Shown one piece after another: positions 19,822 to 29,160 of a DNA stretch of 64,000 bases. The stretch's first letter is position 1, and each line of letters starts with the position of its first letter. Both the position numbers and the translations under genes were made by a program. The stretch is from Dehalococcoidia bacterium (lineage in GTDB: Bacteria > Chloroflexota > Dehalococcoidia > Lucifugimonadales > VXLM01): positions 2,140,507 to 2,204,506 of the forward strand of contig OY759598.1 of assembly GCA_963662435.1 (NCBI GenBank), written 5' to 3'. A model generated the notes under the pieces. It saw only the letters and a program-made list of their open reading frames with translations. It was not told the DNA's origin and did no database searches.

Positions 19822-20781
19822 CTACTTGCCCTCAGTCTCCGGCATCGAGAACTGAGAGCCAGTCTTCGGATAGGCACGGTCAAGGGCGCGCTTGAAGGAC
19901 TCCCAGCTACCCGCTGCCCGCATGAGCGCGGTGACTCCCTCGATATGCTGCAAGAGCTTCGGGTGTCCGAACTCAGGCGTGAACCACTGGTGATGCCTGT
20001 TCTTTCTCCATCCTTGCGGCATCACGGGGTTGCGCTCCCGAAGTTCGGCAAGCACACCCGGCGCGATGCGGTCATAGACAAGGTCGTTCGTGTAGTGGCC
20101 TATGACTCGGGGACGTTTCACGCCTGCTGCACTACCCCAACCCCTGAGCCGAAATATCTGCTCATAGAAGCTGAAGTCAAACGTCTTTGTCCACGGGTGT
20201 AGCTCCTCATCAAGGAACGCCTCGAGGATTTTGGCAAGGGCGCGTTCCTCGCGGATGCGCTGATACCCCGTTGCTTCATCGACCAAGCCGATAATGCCGA
20301 CACGAGCGAGACCACGGACGAGAACCTCGCACCTCTTAGCGATATGGAGTTGGTTGGGGTGTAAGTCGCCTGCTTCTCTCGCAGCGAGAATCGCATCACA
20401 GAGATCGGTGAGTAAAGTTGCGGGATAGCCATATGCTGTACGACCGCCGTGTGGAGGAGTGAACTCAATAGGAGTATACGTGCGCGCGAGAGTTTCCCCT
20501 GTAACATGCGGCGCAAGGGCGTTACTCCGCGTGAAAATAGCCAATTGGGGCGCGCCGTCCTTCCTATTTACGACACCTCCTACAGACATCCCCAAAGAAC
20601 CCAAAAACCCTCGTTGGCTCAGTACCCGCGTTTCGTCCTCCAAGACGTAGCAGGGTATCTCGATGTCCCCGATGACAAGGGGACTGCCCGGCTCCCCAGC
20701 TATGACCTTGAGGGGCTGCTTTGCGGTCGTCCCGTGTGCCAGTACCTTGTCTGTGATTGCGTCCAGTGCGGCCTTGTTCAT
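19822..20781 (-). CDS. P63C-domain protein
   Basis: IPCYVLEDETRVLSQRG...ARVGIIGLVDEATGYQRIR...WTKTF...FYEQIFRLRGW...RHHQW matches my recollection of the phage Mx8 p63 C-terminal family. ATGA overlap with the transposase. Confidence 0.85.
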   Translation of the reverse strand: MNKAALDAITDKVLAHGTTAKQPLKVIAGEPGSPLVIGDIEIPCYVLEDETRVLSQRGFLGSLGMSVGGVVNRKDGAPQLAIFTRSNALAPHVTGETLARTYTPIEFTPPHGGRTAYGYPATLLTDLCDAILAAREAGDLHPNQLHIAKRCEVLVRGLARVGIIGLVDEATGYQRIREERALAKILEAFLDEELHPWTKTFDFSFYEQIFRLRGWGSAAGVKRPRVIGHYTNDLVYDRIAPGVLAELRERNPVMPQGWRKNRHHQWFTPEFGHPKLLQHIEGVTALMRAAGSWESFKRALDRAYPKTGSQFSMPETEGK

Positions 20782-21707
20782 GCTGTCAACTCCTCATAGG
20801 TGATGCGCGCGCCGAACGCGCTTTCGATGAACGCCGCGAGACGGTCTAGGGTGTGATACTGAACATTCCCCTCGTTCAGTCGGAATGTCGCTTCATTCAC
20901 GTAGCGTTCCAGGTGTTTGACGCTCACATGGTGCCAAGTCCCATAGATGCTCCTCTTGAGAACTGCCCACATGGACTCTGCAGAGTTGATATGAATGTCA
21001 CCCGCTCCGACGTACTCTTTCGCGCCGTGGTTGACCGTCCCTCGTGAGTAGTCGTGCAGGTTGTTGTATCCACGATGCTCGTCCGTGTAGACCGTCGAGC
21101 CCGCCTCTACGTGTTGCTCGATAGTCGCTCGGAGCGTCTCGCTGTCGGTCCCTGTAATCGGTTGAGCCTTCGACCTTCCACCACGCTGTCTCATTCCGAG
21201 CACGGTCGCCTTGCCAACCGGCCCGCGTCCGTTGTGGCGTTTCTTGGACTCATGCTTGTTGGACTCCTTGCCGCCGATGTACGTCTCGTCCACTTCGACG
21301 ATACCGCTCAGCGTGTCATCATCGTCGCCAACAGCTTCACGGAGACGACCCAGCATGAACCACGCAGTCTTTTGCGTCACACCGATCTCCTTTGAGAGCT
21401 GGAGCGACGAAATACCCTTGCGAGCCGTCACCACTAGATACATGGTGTAGACCCACTTGTTCAATGGGACGTGGGAACGCTCGAAGATCGTGCCAGTGCG
21501 GACGGTGAACTCACCGGCGCAGTCGTGGCAACGGTAATAGCCGATTCGCTTGCCAGTCCGCGCGGTGATCTTCTCAAACGCCCCGCATAGCGGGCAGGTA
21601 GGGGAACCGTGCCAACGCCGCTCCTCAAGGTAGAGACGGGCGGCCTCGGCATCGGGTATCATGTCGAGGAATTCAAAGGTGCTGATAGTCGTCTCGCCGT
21701 GTGCCAT
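20778..21707 (-). CDS. IS1595-family DDE transposase
   Basis: Zn finger CPLCG...CHDC, TVRTGTIFERSHVPL, VEVDETYIGG, VYTDEH, HINSAESMW, HLERYVNE. RBS AAGGAG upstream. Confidence 0.96.
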   Translation of the reverse strand: MAHGETTISTFEFLDMIPDAEAARLYLEERRWHGSPTCPLCGAFEKITARTGKRIGYYRCHDCAGEFTVRTGTIFERSHVPLNKWVYTMYLVVTARKGISSLQLSKEIGVTQKTAWFMLGRLREAVGDDDDTLSGIVEVDETYIGGKESNKHESKKRHNGRGPVGKATVLGMRQRGGRSKAQPITGTDSETLRATIEQHVEAGSTVYTDEHRGYNNLHDYSRGTVNHGAKEYVGAGDIHINSAESMWAVLKRSIYGTWHHVSVKHLERYVNEATFRLNEGNVQYHTLDRLAAFIESAFGARITYEELTA

Positions 21708-21729
21708 GTCTCAATCTCCTTATGGGGAG

Positions 21730-21758
21730 ATTGTATCACGCCATCACGTGGGAGTCAA
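21730..21758 (-). promoter_or_regulatory. Sigma70-type promoter of the transposon operon with its -35 inside the TIR
   Basis: Minus strand reads TTGACT-17 nt-TACAAT with an extended -10 TG, ~22 nt before the transposase ATG. Confidence 0.7.
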
Positions 21759-22978
21759 GTATATAATTCCCAAAAGTATCGTCACGTCTCCACTGAGGAT
21801 GGAATGAAGGTCTTCGACCAGCCCAAGGACACCTGGATTGAGATCCCTGTCCCGCAAATCATCGACGATGAGACCTGGATACGGGCACAGAAGTTGAAGA
21901 AGCAGCGAGGCAGCAAGGCCAAGATGAATACCAAGGTGCTCTACCTGTTGCCGCACGTGCTGAAATGCGGCGAGTGCGGGCGCAATTTCCATGCGAAGGC
22001 GAGTTGGACAACCACCAGCGTTTGAAAAGACAAGGCTTACACCTACTACCTGTCGACTCCCCGTCGATACTACATGTGCAACGGGATGCAGAGTCTGCGC
22101 CTGCGCTGCAGGGAGAAGCCCTACATCCGGGCTGAGCAGTTGGAGTAGCCGATTTGGCGCGAGGTGAAGCAGGTACTCCAGAACCCCGATCTGATCGTCG
22201 CCGGTATCACCGACCTCGAATCTCAGGGGGGCGTCGGAATGGAGGAGGAGATCGCCCAGGCCGAGGGAGACCTGCGGAGTATCCAGATGGAAGAGGACCA
22301 CGCCATCAGGCTGTTCGTGTCAGGAAAGATCACCGAGACCCAACTCGACCGCCAGCGTAGGTTCATCACCGAGAGGCTTGAGTGCGCCAAGGCAAAGCTG
22401 GACGATTACCGTGCTCAGGCAACGAGTGGAGCTGAGCAGCGGCGACTTATGGAAGAGGTTCTAGCCTGGGCGAGAGAGTTCGGCCAGGGCTTGGACGAGG
22501 TGACCCCCGAGGAGCATCAGGATTACCTCCAAGCGCTTGTCGAAGAGGTCGTGATCGACAGGGACAACAACGTGGACATCACCCTGGCTTTACCCATGGA
22601 CGATGATTCTCCTGAGCCTGAATCCGTGTCGATTGGTTCACAAGAATCTTCACCGTGAGGTTCGTCTATATCTGTGAGTTGGATCTGTATCCAATCCTGT
22701 TAAGGGGCAAACCTGAACAGGAGCAATGCAAGGAGGCCATAACCTCAGTGCTTGGCCTGGTCGACAGTACTCTGCATCATCTATGACGAGGCATTTTAGA
22801 CATTTAACTCAGAGGTGCCTACTGCCACGCACACGGCCATGGACTGATAGTTTGACTGACATGACTAGGTTCAGTAGCCTACCGGAGTTATAGGCAGAAT
22901 GGGACATTACTTGAACCAAAGAACAGGTATGACAACTCGGAAGAAGATACTCTGGGAGAAAGCTGGCAGACATAGCCC

Positions 22979-23794
22979 ATGTCATCCTTAGATTTGACCA
23001 ACCACGTTGCACTTGTTACCGGTGGAAACCATGGCATTGGTGCCGCCACCGCACGAGTCTTGGCTGATAGCGGCGCTCGTGTGCTCGTTGGTTACTTGAG
23101 ATTCTTGGAAGAGGATGATCCCGGCATAAGCGAGACATATCGAAGGAATCGGGCCTCCGATGCCGAACACGTCATCGCCCATATCCGCGAGAAGGGTGGG
23201 ATGGCGACAGCCATCGAAGCCGATCTAGCCGATCCGCAGACGCCTCGCCGCCTATTCGATGTTGCTGAGGCTGAGCTCGGTCCGGTCGATATACTTGTCA
23301 ACAACGCTTCCGGTTGGATAGCCGACACGTTTGCGACCGAAACCCAAGACAGGCACCGTCGGGTTATTCACCAAATGTCCGCAGAGACCTTCGACCACCA
23401 GTTTTCGGTGGATGCCCGTGGCACAGCCGCGATGATCGCCGAGTTTGCGAGACGCCACCTGGGTCGGGGTGCCACCTGGGGCCGGATAATCAGCCTGACA
23501 TCGGGCGGTCCAACTGGATTCCCGGGAGAAGTTTCCTATGGGGCCGCCAAAGCCGCCCTCGAGAATTACACCATGTCGGCGGCATTCGAACTGGCTCACC
23601 TGGGCATCACAGCCAACGTGGTCTATCCACCGGTAACGGACACGGGTTGGGTAACTGAAGAAGTAAGACGGGACGTGCAAGAGAGCGCGGATCATTTTCA
23701 CATTGTTGAACCGGATGAGGTCGCCAATGTGATCGCGTACTTGGCTTCAAACCATGCCTACCTCATTACAGGTAACCTGGTACGCCTACGCTGA
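22979..23794 (+). CDS. SDR-family oxidoreductase
   Basis: VALVTGGNHGIG, DILVNNA, YGAAK. Confidence 0.92.
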   Translation: MSSLDLTNHVALVTGGNHGIGAATARVLADSGARVLVGYLRFLEEDDPGISETYRRNRASDAEHVIAHIREKGGMATAIEADLADPQTPRRLFDVAEAELGPVDILVNNASGWIADTFATETQDRHRRVIHQMSAETFDHQFSVDARGTAAMIAEFARRHLGRGATWGRIISLTSGGPTGFPGEVSYGAAKAALENYTMSAAFELAHLGITANVVYPPVTDTGWVTEEVRRDVQESADHFHIVEPDEVANVIAYLASNHAYLITGNLVRLR

Positions 23795-23831
23795 GTCTGG
23801 TGTTGAGTTGCTCCTGAGCCCCCACCCCGCC

Positions 23832-24131
23832 CTACTCGAACGCCACGGGGTTGACGACGGTGAACTCGCGGTGGGCTAGGTGGCTGCGGACGAAGGTGAC
23901 GTTCTCGTCCCACCACGCGCTGCCGTACATGGCGGCTTCCTTGCGCTCGATGTCCTCGGCGTCCTCGAAGGTGCGTATCCAGGTGAACTGCGTTCCCTCG
24001 TCGTTCACCCAGGCCGACTCGACGCCAATGCCCATGCTCCGGCACAGGGGGACGATGTCCTCGCGAAATACCTTTAGCCAGTCTTCCATCATGCCCTTGT
24101 TGATCGTGTAGGTCCGCAACTGAGCGATCAT
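23832..24131 (-). CDS. NIPSNAP-family protein
   Basis: MIAQLRTYTINKG...FTWIRTFED...MYGSAWW. AAGGAG upstream. Confidence 0.8.
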   Translation of the reverse strand: MIAQLRTYTINKGMMEDWLKVFREDIVPLCRSMGIGVESAWVNDEGTQFTWIRTFEDAEDIERKEAAMYGSAWWDENVTFVRSHLAHREFTVVNPVAFE

Positions 24132-24244
24132 GTCCTTCTCCTTGTCGTAGAGAGTCACCGGTCAGGTGAGTGTCGCCGAAGTGTATCACGCCGTGTGGAG
24201 CATGGGAGTGGTACCATGTTGGCCGCGCGGAGGTCTCCCATCGA

Positions 24245-25378
24245 ATGATCATCGACTCGCACGCATACTGTTTTGAGCCTGCAGACAGCCCCCGCGGCTA
24301 CGCTTCCGGCGAGGAGCATCTCCGCTGGGTGCAGAAGGCGCAGGCGGGGCACCACCAGCCCGCGTTCCGCCTTCGTGATCGGGCAGAAGGCCCGTCCGAC
24401 GTTCTCGATCCGAAAAAGGGAGACCTCGACGACCTGCCGGACGTGAATTTTCGCATCGACCGGGAGGCAGGTCGCGTCCTGTGGGACTACCGGGGTGAGA
24501 CCTATACAAAACACTTCTACCCGCCCAATTTGCGCAACCTGGAGTTCACGCCGGACAGCCTCATCGGGGAGATGGACTACGCTGGCATAGACAAGGTCCT
24601 GCTCCACACAAACGCCATGCTGGGGCGGAGCAACGAGTACCAGGCAGAGTGCGTGGCACAGTACCCCGACCGCATCCTGTCGATGGCGCTGATCGACGAG
24701 CGGCAGATTCACACCGACGTAGACGCGGTGATTGACGGCGTCACGACGGCCATCCGGTACCTTGGCCTGCACGCGATCAAGTTCGGCTCAGCCGGGTACA
24801 CCCTCAGCGACGAGCCATGGGATCGAGGACTATACGAAACATTCTGGGAGGCGGTCTCGACGCTTGGGGTGCCGGTCTTCCTCACGCTGAGCACCGGTCC
24901 CGCACGAGCCAGCGAGGCTCATCCCGACTCCTACGGACGGGAGAACTATATCGGCGAGCTCCGCATCTTAGCGCGGCTGATGGAGCGCTACCCCGACATG
25001 CTGTGCAGCATCACGCACGGCTTTCCCTGGCGCGTCTACATGGAGGGTGAACGCATAGTCCTACCCGATGAGATATGGGAACCGTTCGAGAACCCTAAAC
25101 TGAGCCTGGAGGTTTGCTTCCCCGTCCGGATCGGTGACATCTACGACTATCCGTATCGCGAGGTGTGGCCGACGATGGAGGCAATGATCGAGCGAATAGG
25201 TCCGCGCCAGCTCATGTACGGCACGGACATGCCGTTCCAGAACCGCTTCTGCACGTACCGGCAGTCGAGGGACTGGCTCGAAGGCCACTTCGCCCCTGCG
25301 ACCGGACTGAGTGACGACGACCTGGCGTTGATAGTGGGAGGGACGGCCGCCCGTGTGCTCGGAGCGGACTGTGGATAG
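24245..25378 (+). CDS. Amidohydrolase_2-family protein (paralog 1)
   Basis: MIIDSHAY, LMYGTDMPF. Confidence 0.88.
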   Translation: MIIDSHAYCFEPADSPRGYASGEEHLRWVQKAQAGHHQPAFRLRDRAEGPSDVLDPKKGDLDDLPDVNFRIDREAGRVLWDYRGETYTKHFYPPNLRNLEFTPDSLIGEMDYAGIDKVLLHTNAMLGRSNEYQAECVAQYPDRILSMALIDERQIHTDVDAVIDGVTTAIRYLGLHAIKFGSAGYTLSDEPWDRGLYETFWEAVSTLGVPVFLTLSTGPARASEAHPDSYGRENYIGELRILARLMERYPDMLCSITHGFPWRVYMEGERIVLPDEIWEPFENPKLSLEVCFPVRIGDIYDYPYREVWPTMEAMIERIGPRQLMYGTDMPFQNRFCTYRQSRDWLEGHFAPATGLSDDDLALIVGGTAARVLGADCG

Positions 25379-25940
25379 CTCGAAGTTCTGGACTTCACTG
25401 GGTACTGAGGGCGGGCACGTTGAGATCGTGGAGTACAGTCCCCAATGGGCAGGCATCTTTGAGAGCGAGCGAACGGCTATCCTCGAAAGGTGCAGGCCTT
25501 GGGTGATGGAAGTCCATCACGTCGGGAGCACATCCGTGCCCGGGCTGGCGGCCAAGCCGATCTTGGATATCATGCCTGTCGTTGCCAACCCTAACGACGG
25601 CGAGAGCGCCGTAAGCCCGATGACAACGCTTGGCTATCAGTATAGAGGGGAGCACGAACTTCCAGGACGTTTCTACTTTGACAAGATCGTGGATGGTCGC
25701 ACCGTTGTGCACTGCCACATGTACCCGCAAGACCATTCCGATGTAGGGAAGCTGGTTGCCTTCAGAGATCGACTCAGGACTAATCGGAGAACAGCCATGG
25801 AATACGAGCGTCTGAAGCGGGAGTTGGCGTTGAAGTATAGAGACGACCGTCCGACATACACCGACGCAAAAGGCGCTTTCATTAGAGAGATGAATGATCT
25901 GGCCCTCGCCAAGTCAAAAGACGGACAGGAGGTGGAATGA
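25371..25940 (+). CDS. GrpB/UPF0157-family protein (nucleotidyltransferase fold)
   Basis: HHVGSTSVPGLAAKPILDI, FRDRLR...YERLKRELA...YTDAK. Confidence 0.9.
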   Translation: MDSSKFWTSLGTEGGHVEIVEYSPQWAGIFESERTAILERCRPWVMEVHHVGSTSVPGLAAKPILDIMPVVANPNDGESAVSPMTTLGYQYRGEHELPGRFYFDKIVDGRTVVHCHMYPQDHSDVGKLVAFRDRLRTNRRTAMEYERLKRELALKYRDDRPTYTDAKGAFIREMNDLALAKSKDGQEVE

Positions 25941-27082
25941 TGATTATCGACTCACACGCCTACTGCTTCGAGGCGCTCGACAGCCCACGGGGGTACGCCT
26001 CCGGCGAGGTGCACTTGCGATGGGCGCAGGCGGCGAACGCCTCGCATCACCAGCCGGCCATGCGGATACCGGATGGCGAGATTGGCCCATCCGACGTGCT
26101 CGACCCGGCGGGTACTCACGACATTGACAACCTCCCCGACCTACGATTTCGCGTCAACAAGCCGAGGGGGCGAGTCGTCTGGAACTGGGAAGGCAGAGAA
26201 TATACGAAATATTTCCTACCGCCGAACCTGAGTAACACGGAGTTCACGCCGTTCAGCCTGGACTCCGAGATGCACTATGCGGGCGTCGAGGGCGTCCTGC
26301 TGCACACCGACCCGGCCCTCGTGCGTGACAGCTCGTACCTGCAGGAGATCATCGAGCGCTTTCCCGCCAGGATGTTCGCGATGGCGCCGGTGGAGGAGTG
26401 GCGCATCATCGAGGAGACCGACGCCGTAATCGCGGAGACTATCCGGGCAATCGAGGAGCACGGGCTCCACGCCGTCAAGTTCATTCCGCCGCTGTGCTAC
26501 AGGACGAGCGACGAGGCTTGGGACGACGGGCGGTATCGCCCGTTCTGGGAGGCCGTAACCGCGCTCCGCGTGCCCATCTTCTTCACGCTCGGCGCGGGCC
26601 CCGACGATCTCAAGGGCGTCCAGCGCACGCAGGCCCAGGAGCAGCGCGGCTACCTCGACGAGCATCGGACGCTCATGCGCTGGATGGAGCGATATCCTGA
26701 CGCCGTCTGCAGTCTCACGCACGGTTTCCCCTGGCGGACCTTCCTGAATGACGACCAGGACGCCATCGAGTTGCCGGACGAGATCTGGGAGCCGTTCACC
26801 AACCCGAACGTCAGCATCGAGGTCTGCTTCCCTGTGCGGCTCGGCGATATTCTTGAGTATCCGTACCGGGAGGTCTGGCCGACGCTAGGGGCGATGCTGG
26901 AACGAATCGGGCCGGGCAACCTCATGTGGGGGACGGACATGCCCTTCCAGAACCGCTTCTGCACCTACCGGCAGTCGCGTCAGTGGATCGAGGGGCAGTT
27001 CACAGACTGGGCAGGGCTGAGCGACGACGACCTGTCCCTGATGATGGGCGAAACGGCCGCGAGGGTATTGGGGGTGGAATAG
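25937..27082 (+). CDS. Amidohydrolase_2-family protein (paralog 2)
   Basis: MIIDSHAY, LMWGTDMPFQNRFCTYRQSR. Colinear with the gene at 24245-25378. Confidence 0.88.
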   Translation: MMIIDSHAYCFEALDSPRGYASGEVHLRWAQAANASHHQPAMRIPDGEIGPSDVLDPAGTHDIDNLPDLRFRVNKPRGRVVWNWEGREYTKYFLPPNLSNTEFTPFSLDSEMHYAGVEGVLLHTDPALVRDSSYLQEIIERFPARMFAMAPVEEWRIIEETDAVIAETIRAIEEHGLHAVKFIPPLCYRTSDEAWDDGRYRPFWEAVTALRVPIFFTLGAGPDDLKGVQRTQAQEQRGYLDEHRTLMRWMERYPDAVCSLTHGFPWRTFLNDDQDAIELPDEIWEPFTNPNVSIEVCFPVRLGDILEYPYREVWPTLGAMLERIGPGNLMWGTDMPFQNRFCTYRQSRQWIEGQFTDWAGLSDDDLSLMMGETAARVLGVE

Positions 27083-27101
27083 AGTCGGGCAGGAGGTAAT
27101 C

Positions 27102-27869
27102 GTGGGAGTAAGGTTTCTTCCCGGAGTTCCCGCCGAGCAACTCGAGGCGATCTACGCTGCCGCGCCGGGCAACGAAATCGCCAGCGGGAAGTTCGACAGC
27201 CCGGAGTCGTCAGCGGCTCTCGCCGCCAACACCTTCGGGTTCTTCCTCAATCGACCCAGCATCTTTCCCCCGCTTCCAGGATGTGAGGATGTCGAATGGC
27301 CCGCGTCTTCTCTATTCGTAGAGAAGCAAGTCCGCTTCCCGTGGAGTGGTGGTCGGCATCCATGGCTCGACGCTCTCATCGTGACTCCGTCGGCACTTAT
27401 TGGGGTGGAGTCCAAGCGGTTCGAGCCATTCAGAACGGCGACTGCGGTCTTTGCTAAGGCGTACTTTAGACCGGTTTGGGGCGATCGTATGAAGGGATAT
27501 GAAAGGGTCAGGGACCAATTTAATGGAGGCGATAGGCCCTCAGTTGGTCTCGACAGAGCGCAGCTTGTCAAACACGCATTCGCTCTGCGGACGCAAGTCA
27601 GTTCCGGCGGTAGATTCGAAGGACTGAAGCCGGTCCTCTTCTACCTCTACGCGGAGCCGGACACTTGGCCTAGAAGCGGCAAGCCAATTGACGATGATGC
27701 CAAGGCCAACCACAGCGAGGAAATCGCCCATTTCGCGGCAAGTATCGAGGGAGACGAGGTTAGGTTCGTCACCTGTTCATATCGCGAATTGCTGAAGACG
27801 TGGCGGAAGGACGAAGGCCCGGAGATTCGGGAGCACGCGAAGGCCATAGTCCGCCGCTTCTCGCCCTAG
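27102..27869 (+). CDS. Putative PD-(D/E)XK restriction-endonuclease-like protein (PGN_0703-like)
   Basis: SPESSAALAANTF, WLDALIV...IGVESKRFEP, AQLVKH. GGAGG RBS. Confidence 0.65.
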   Translation: MGVRFLPGVPAEQLEAIYAAAPGNEIASGKFDSPESSAALAANTFGFFLNRPSIFPPLPGCEDVEWPASSLFVEKQVRFPWSGGRHPWLDALIVTPSALIGVESKRFEPFRTATAVFAKAYFRPVWGDRMKGYERVRDQFNGGDRPSVGLDRAQLVKHAFALRTQVSSGGRFEGLKPVLFYLYAEPDTWPRSGKPIDDDAKANHSEEIAHFAASIEGDEVRFVTCSYRELLKTWRKDEGPEIREHAKAIVRRFSP

Positions 27870-27887
27870 GTAGCGCGTAAGAGACTC

Positions 27888-27955
27888 CCGTTCACCCCTG
27901 AGCCTGTCGAAGAGTGAAAGCCCCATTCATGGTTCGACAAGCTCACCACGAACGG
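27888..27955. repeat. Palindromic REP/MITE-like element, copy 1
   Basis: CCGTTCACCCCTGAGCCTGTCGAA...TTCGACAAGCTCACCACGAACGG. Homologous to 40443-40507 and 46173-46239. Confidence 0.85.
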
Positions 27956-27999
27956 TTGGGGCGACCTAATGGACACGCCAGATAACCGACACCCCGCCC

Positions 28000-29130
28000 C
28001 TACTTGAACTTTGGGATGACTTCGCGGCCGAAGAGGTCGATGGAGGTCATCACCTTTTCGTGGGGGATCATGTCGGTCTGCATGACCATGAGGACCTGGT
28101 CGGCCCCGGACTCCTCGTGGGCGCGAATGCCTGTCGCGCAGCTTTCGGGATCGCCCGCGATGATGATGCCGCGCTCAGCGAGGATGGAGGGCTCCAGCTG
28201 CTCCCATATGGCGCGAGCCGCGTCGTCGTCGGACTCGGAGGCGGCTCCAATCAGGTAGTTGTCGAACTCGCGCTGGAGGTGGTCGGGCAGACCGCCCCAC
28301 GCTTCGATCAGGTTCTTGTACACGTCGCGCCGCCCCTGCACGTAGGGACGGTCGGGGCCGAAGAACGACCTGATGGCGTCGGCGCCCAGCTTCTGCGCCT
28401 CCACATTGTCCTCGCCGCAGTAGCCGATGGTGAAGTTGCCCCACTTGTCGTTGATGACGTCGCCGACGGGGTTGGCGCTCTTGACGTTCTTCCGATATTC
28501 CTTGATGTGCTCGGTGTAATTCTGAGGGGCCTCCGAGGAGAAGGCGAGGACTCCCAGCCCCTTCTCCGCCGCGATGGTGTAGGTCTCCGGCTGCATGGCG
28601 GCCACCCACATCGGGGGATGGGGCGACTGCTGAGGCTTTGGGTGGATTCGGCGCGGGGGAATGTTCCAGAATTTGCCCTCCCACTGGAACTCCTCCTTCT
28701 CGCGCCAGATGCCGCAGACCACGTCGAGCGCCTCGTCCCAGATGGCGCGGGTGTCGCGCGGGTCGACCTCGAAGCCCTGCTGCTCGTATGAGTTGCTCCG
28801 TCCCGTGCCGAAGTCGATGCGTCCGCCCGACACGTGGTCGGCCATGGCAACCTTCTCGGCGACGCGGATGGGGTGCTCGTGGGGCAGGACGACGACGCCG
28901 AAACCAAGGCGGATGCGCTTGGTGGCAGTCGCGAGGGCCCCGATAATTACCTCGGGCGCGGAGGAGCCGGAAAATGTTGTGAGGAAGTGGTGCTCGACGA
29001 ACCAGACGTAGTCGAAGCCGACCTTGTCGGCCAGAACGCACTGCTCGATTGTCTCTTCGATCAGCGCCTTTTCGTCGACGACCCCATCGGGCGTGGGCCG
29101 CTGCATCTCGTAGATGATCCCAAAGTCCAT
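28000..29130 (-). CDS. LLM-class (luciferase-like) flavin-dependent oxidoreductase
   Basis: GFDYVWFVEHHF, HPIRVAE, DHVSGGRIDFGTGR, PKPQQSPHPPMWVA. Confidence 0.93.
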   Translation of the reverse strand: MDFGIIYEMQRPTPDGVVDEKALIEETIEQCVLADKVGFDYVWFVEHHFLTTFSGSSAPEVIIGALATATKRIRLGFGVVVLPHEHPIRVAEKVAMADHVSGGRIDFGTGRSNSYEQQGFEVDPRDTRAIWDEALDVVCGIWREKEEFQWEGKFWNIPPRRIHPKPQQSPHPPMWVAAMQPETYTIAAEKGLGVLAFSSEAPQNYTEHIKEYRKNVKSANPVGDVINDKWGNFTIGYCGEDNVEAQKLGADAIRSFFGPDRPYVQGRRDVYKNLIEAWGGLPDHLQREFDNYLIGAASESDDDAARAIWEQLEPSILAERGIIIAGDPESCATGIRAHEESGADQVLMVMQTDMIPHEKVMTSIDLFGREVIPKFK

Positions 29131-29160
29131 CCCGTACACCCCTCGCACAAGTTGGTGCGC

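Larger units (their letters stand above)
18313..21771 (-). mobile_element. IS1595-family transposon with passenger genes (3,459 bp)
   Basis: 30-bp TIRs GGGAA(C/T)TATATACTTGACTCCCACGTGATG at 18313-18342 and 21742-21771 with one mismatch. 8-bp TSD AAAAGTAT at 18305-18312 and 21772-21779. It encodes a transposase, a P63C protein and an MTase-HNH fusion. Confidence 0.96.
17524..22658 (+). pseudogene. Large serine recombinase (resolvase + recombinase + Zn-ribbon + coiled coil), split by an IS1595 transposon and carrying 3 in-frame stops
   Basis: AIFARVS, FDTIVCWKSDRLSR, GIPYGF, then after the insertion VPQIIDDETW, LKCGECG, RYYMC. Removing 18313-21771 plus one TSD copy restores the frame (...TGTWIYEKY|RHVSTEDG...). 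Stops are TAA 18283, TGA 22023 and TAG 22146. Confidence 0.92.

Noticed and set aside
21609..22025. Stand-alone 138-aa ORF
   Set aside because: It is a composite of antisense transposase/TIR sequence and the downstream recombinase fragment.
18283..22148. Stop-codon recoding (Sec, Pyl or an alternative code) in the recombinase
   Set aside because: Three different stops (TAA, TGA, TAG) plus an IS insertion indicate ordinary pseudogenisation.
22700..22765. c-di-GMP-I-like riboswitch (GGGCAAACC...)
   Set aside because: It lacks the GNRA-capped stem and the GACGCAAAG-type junction; the resemblance is too short.
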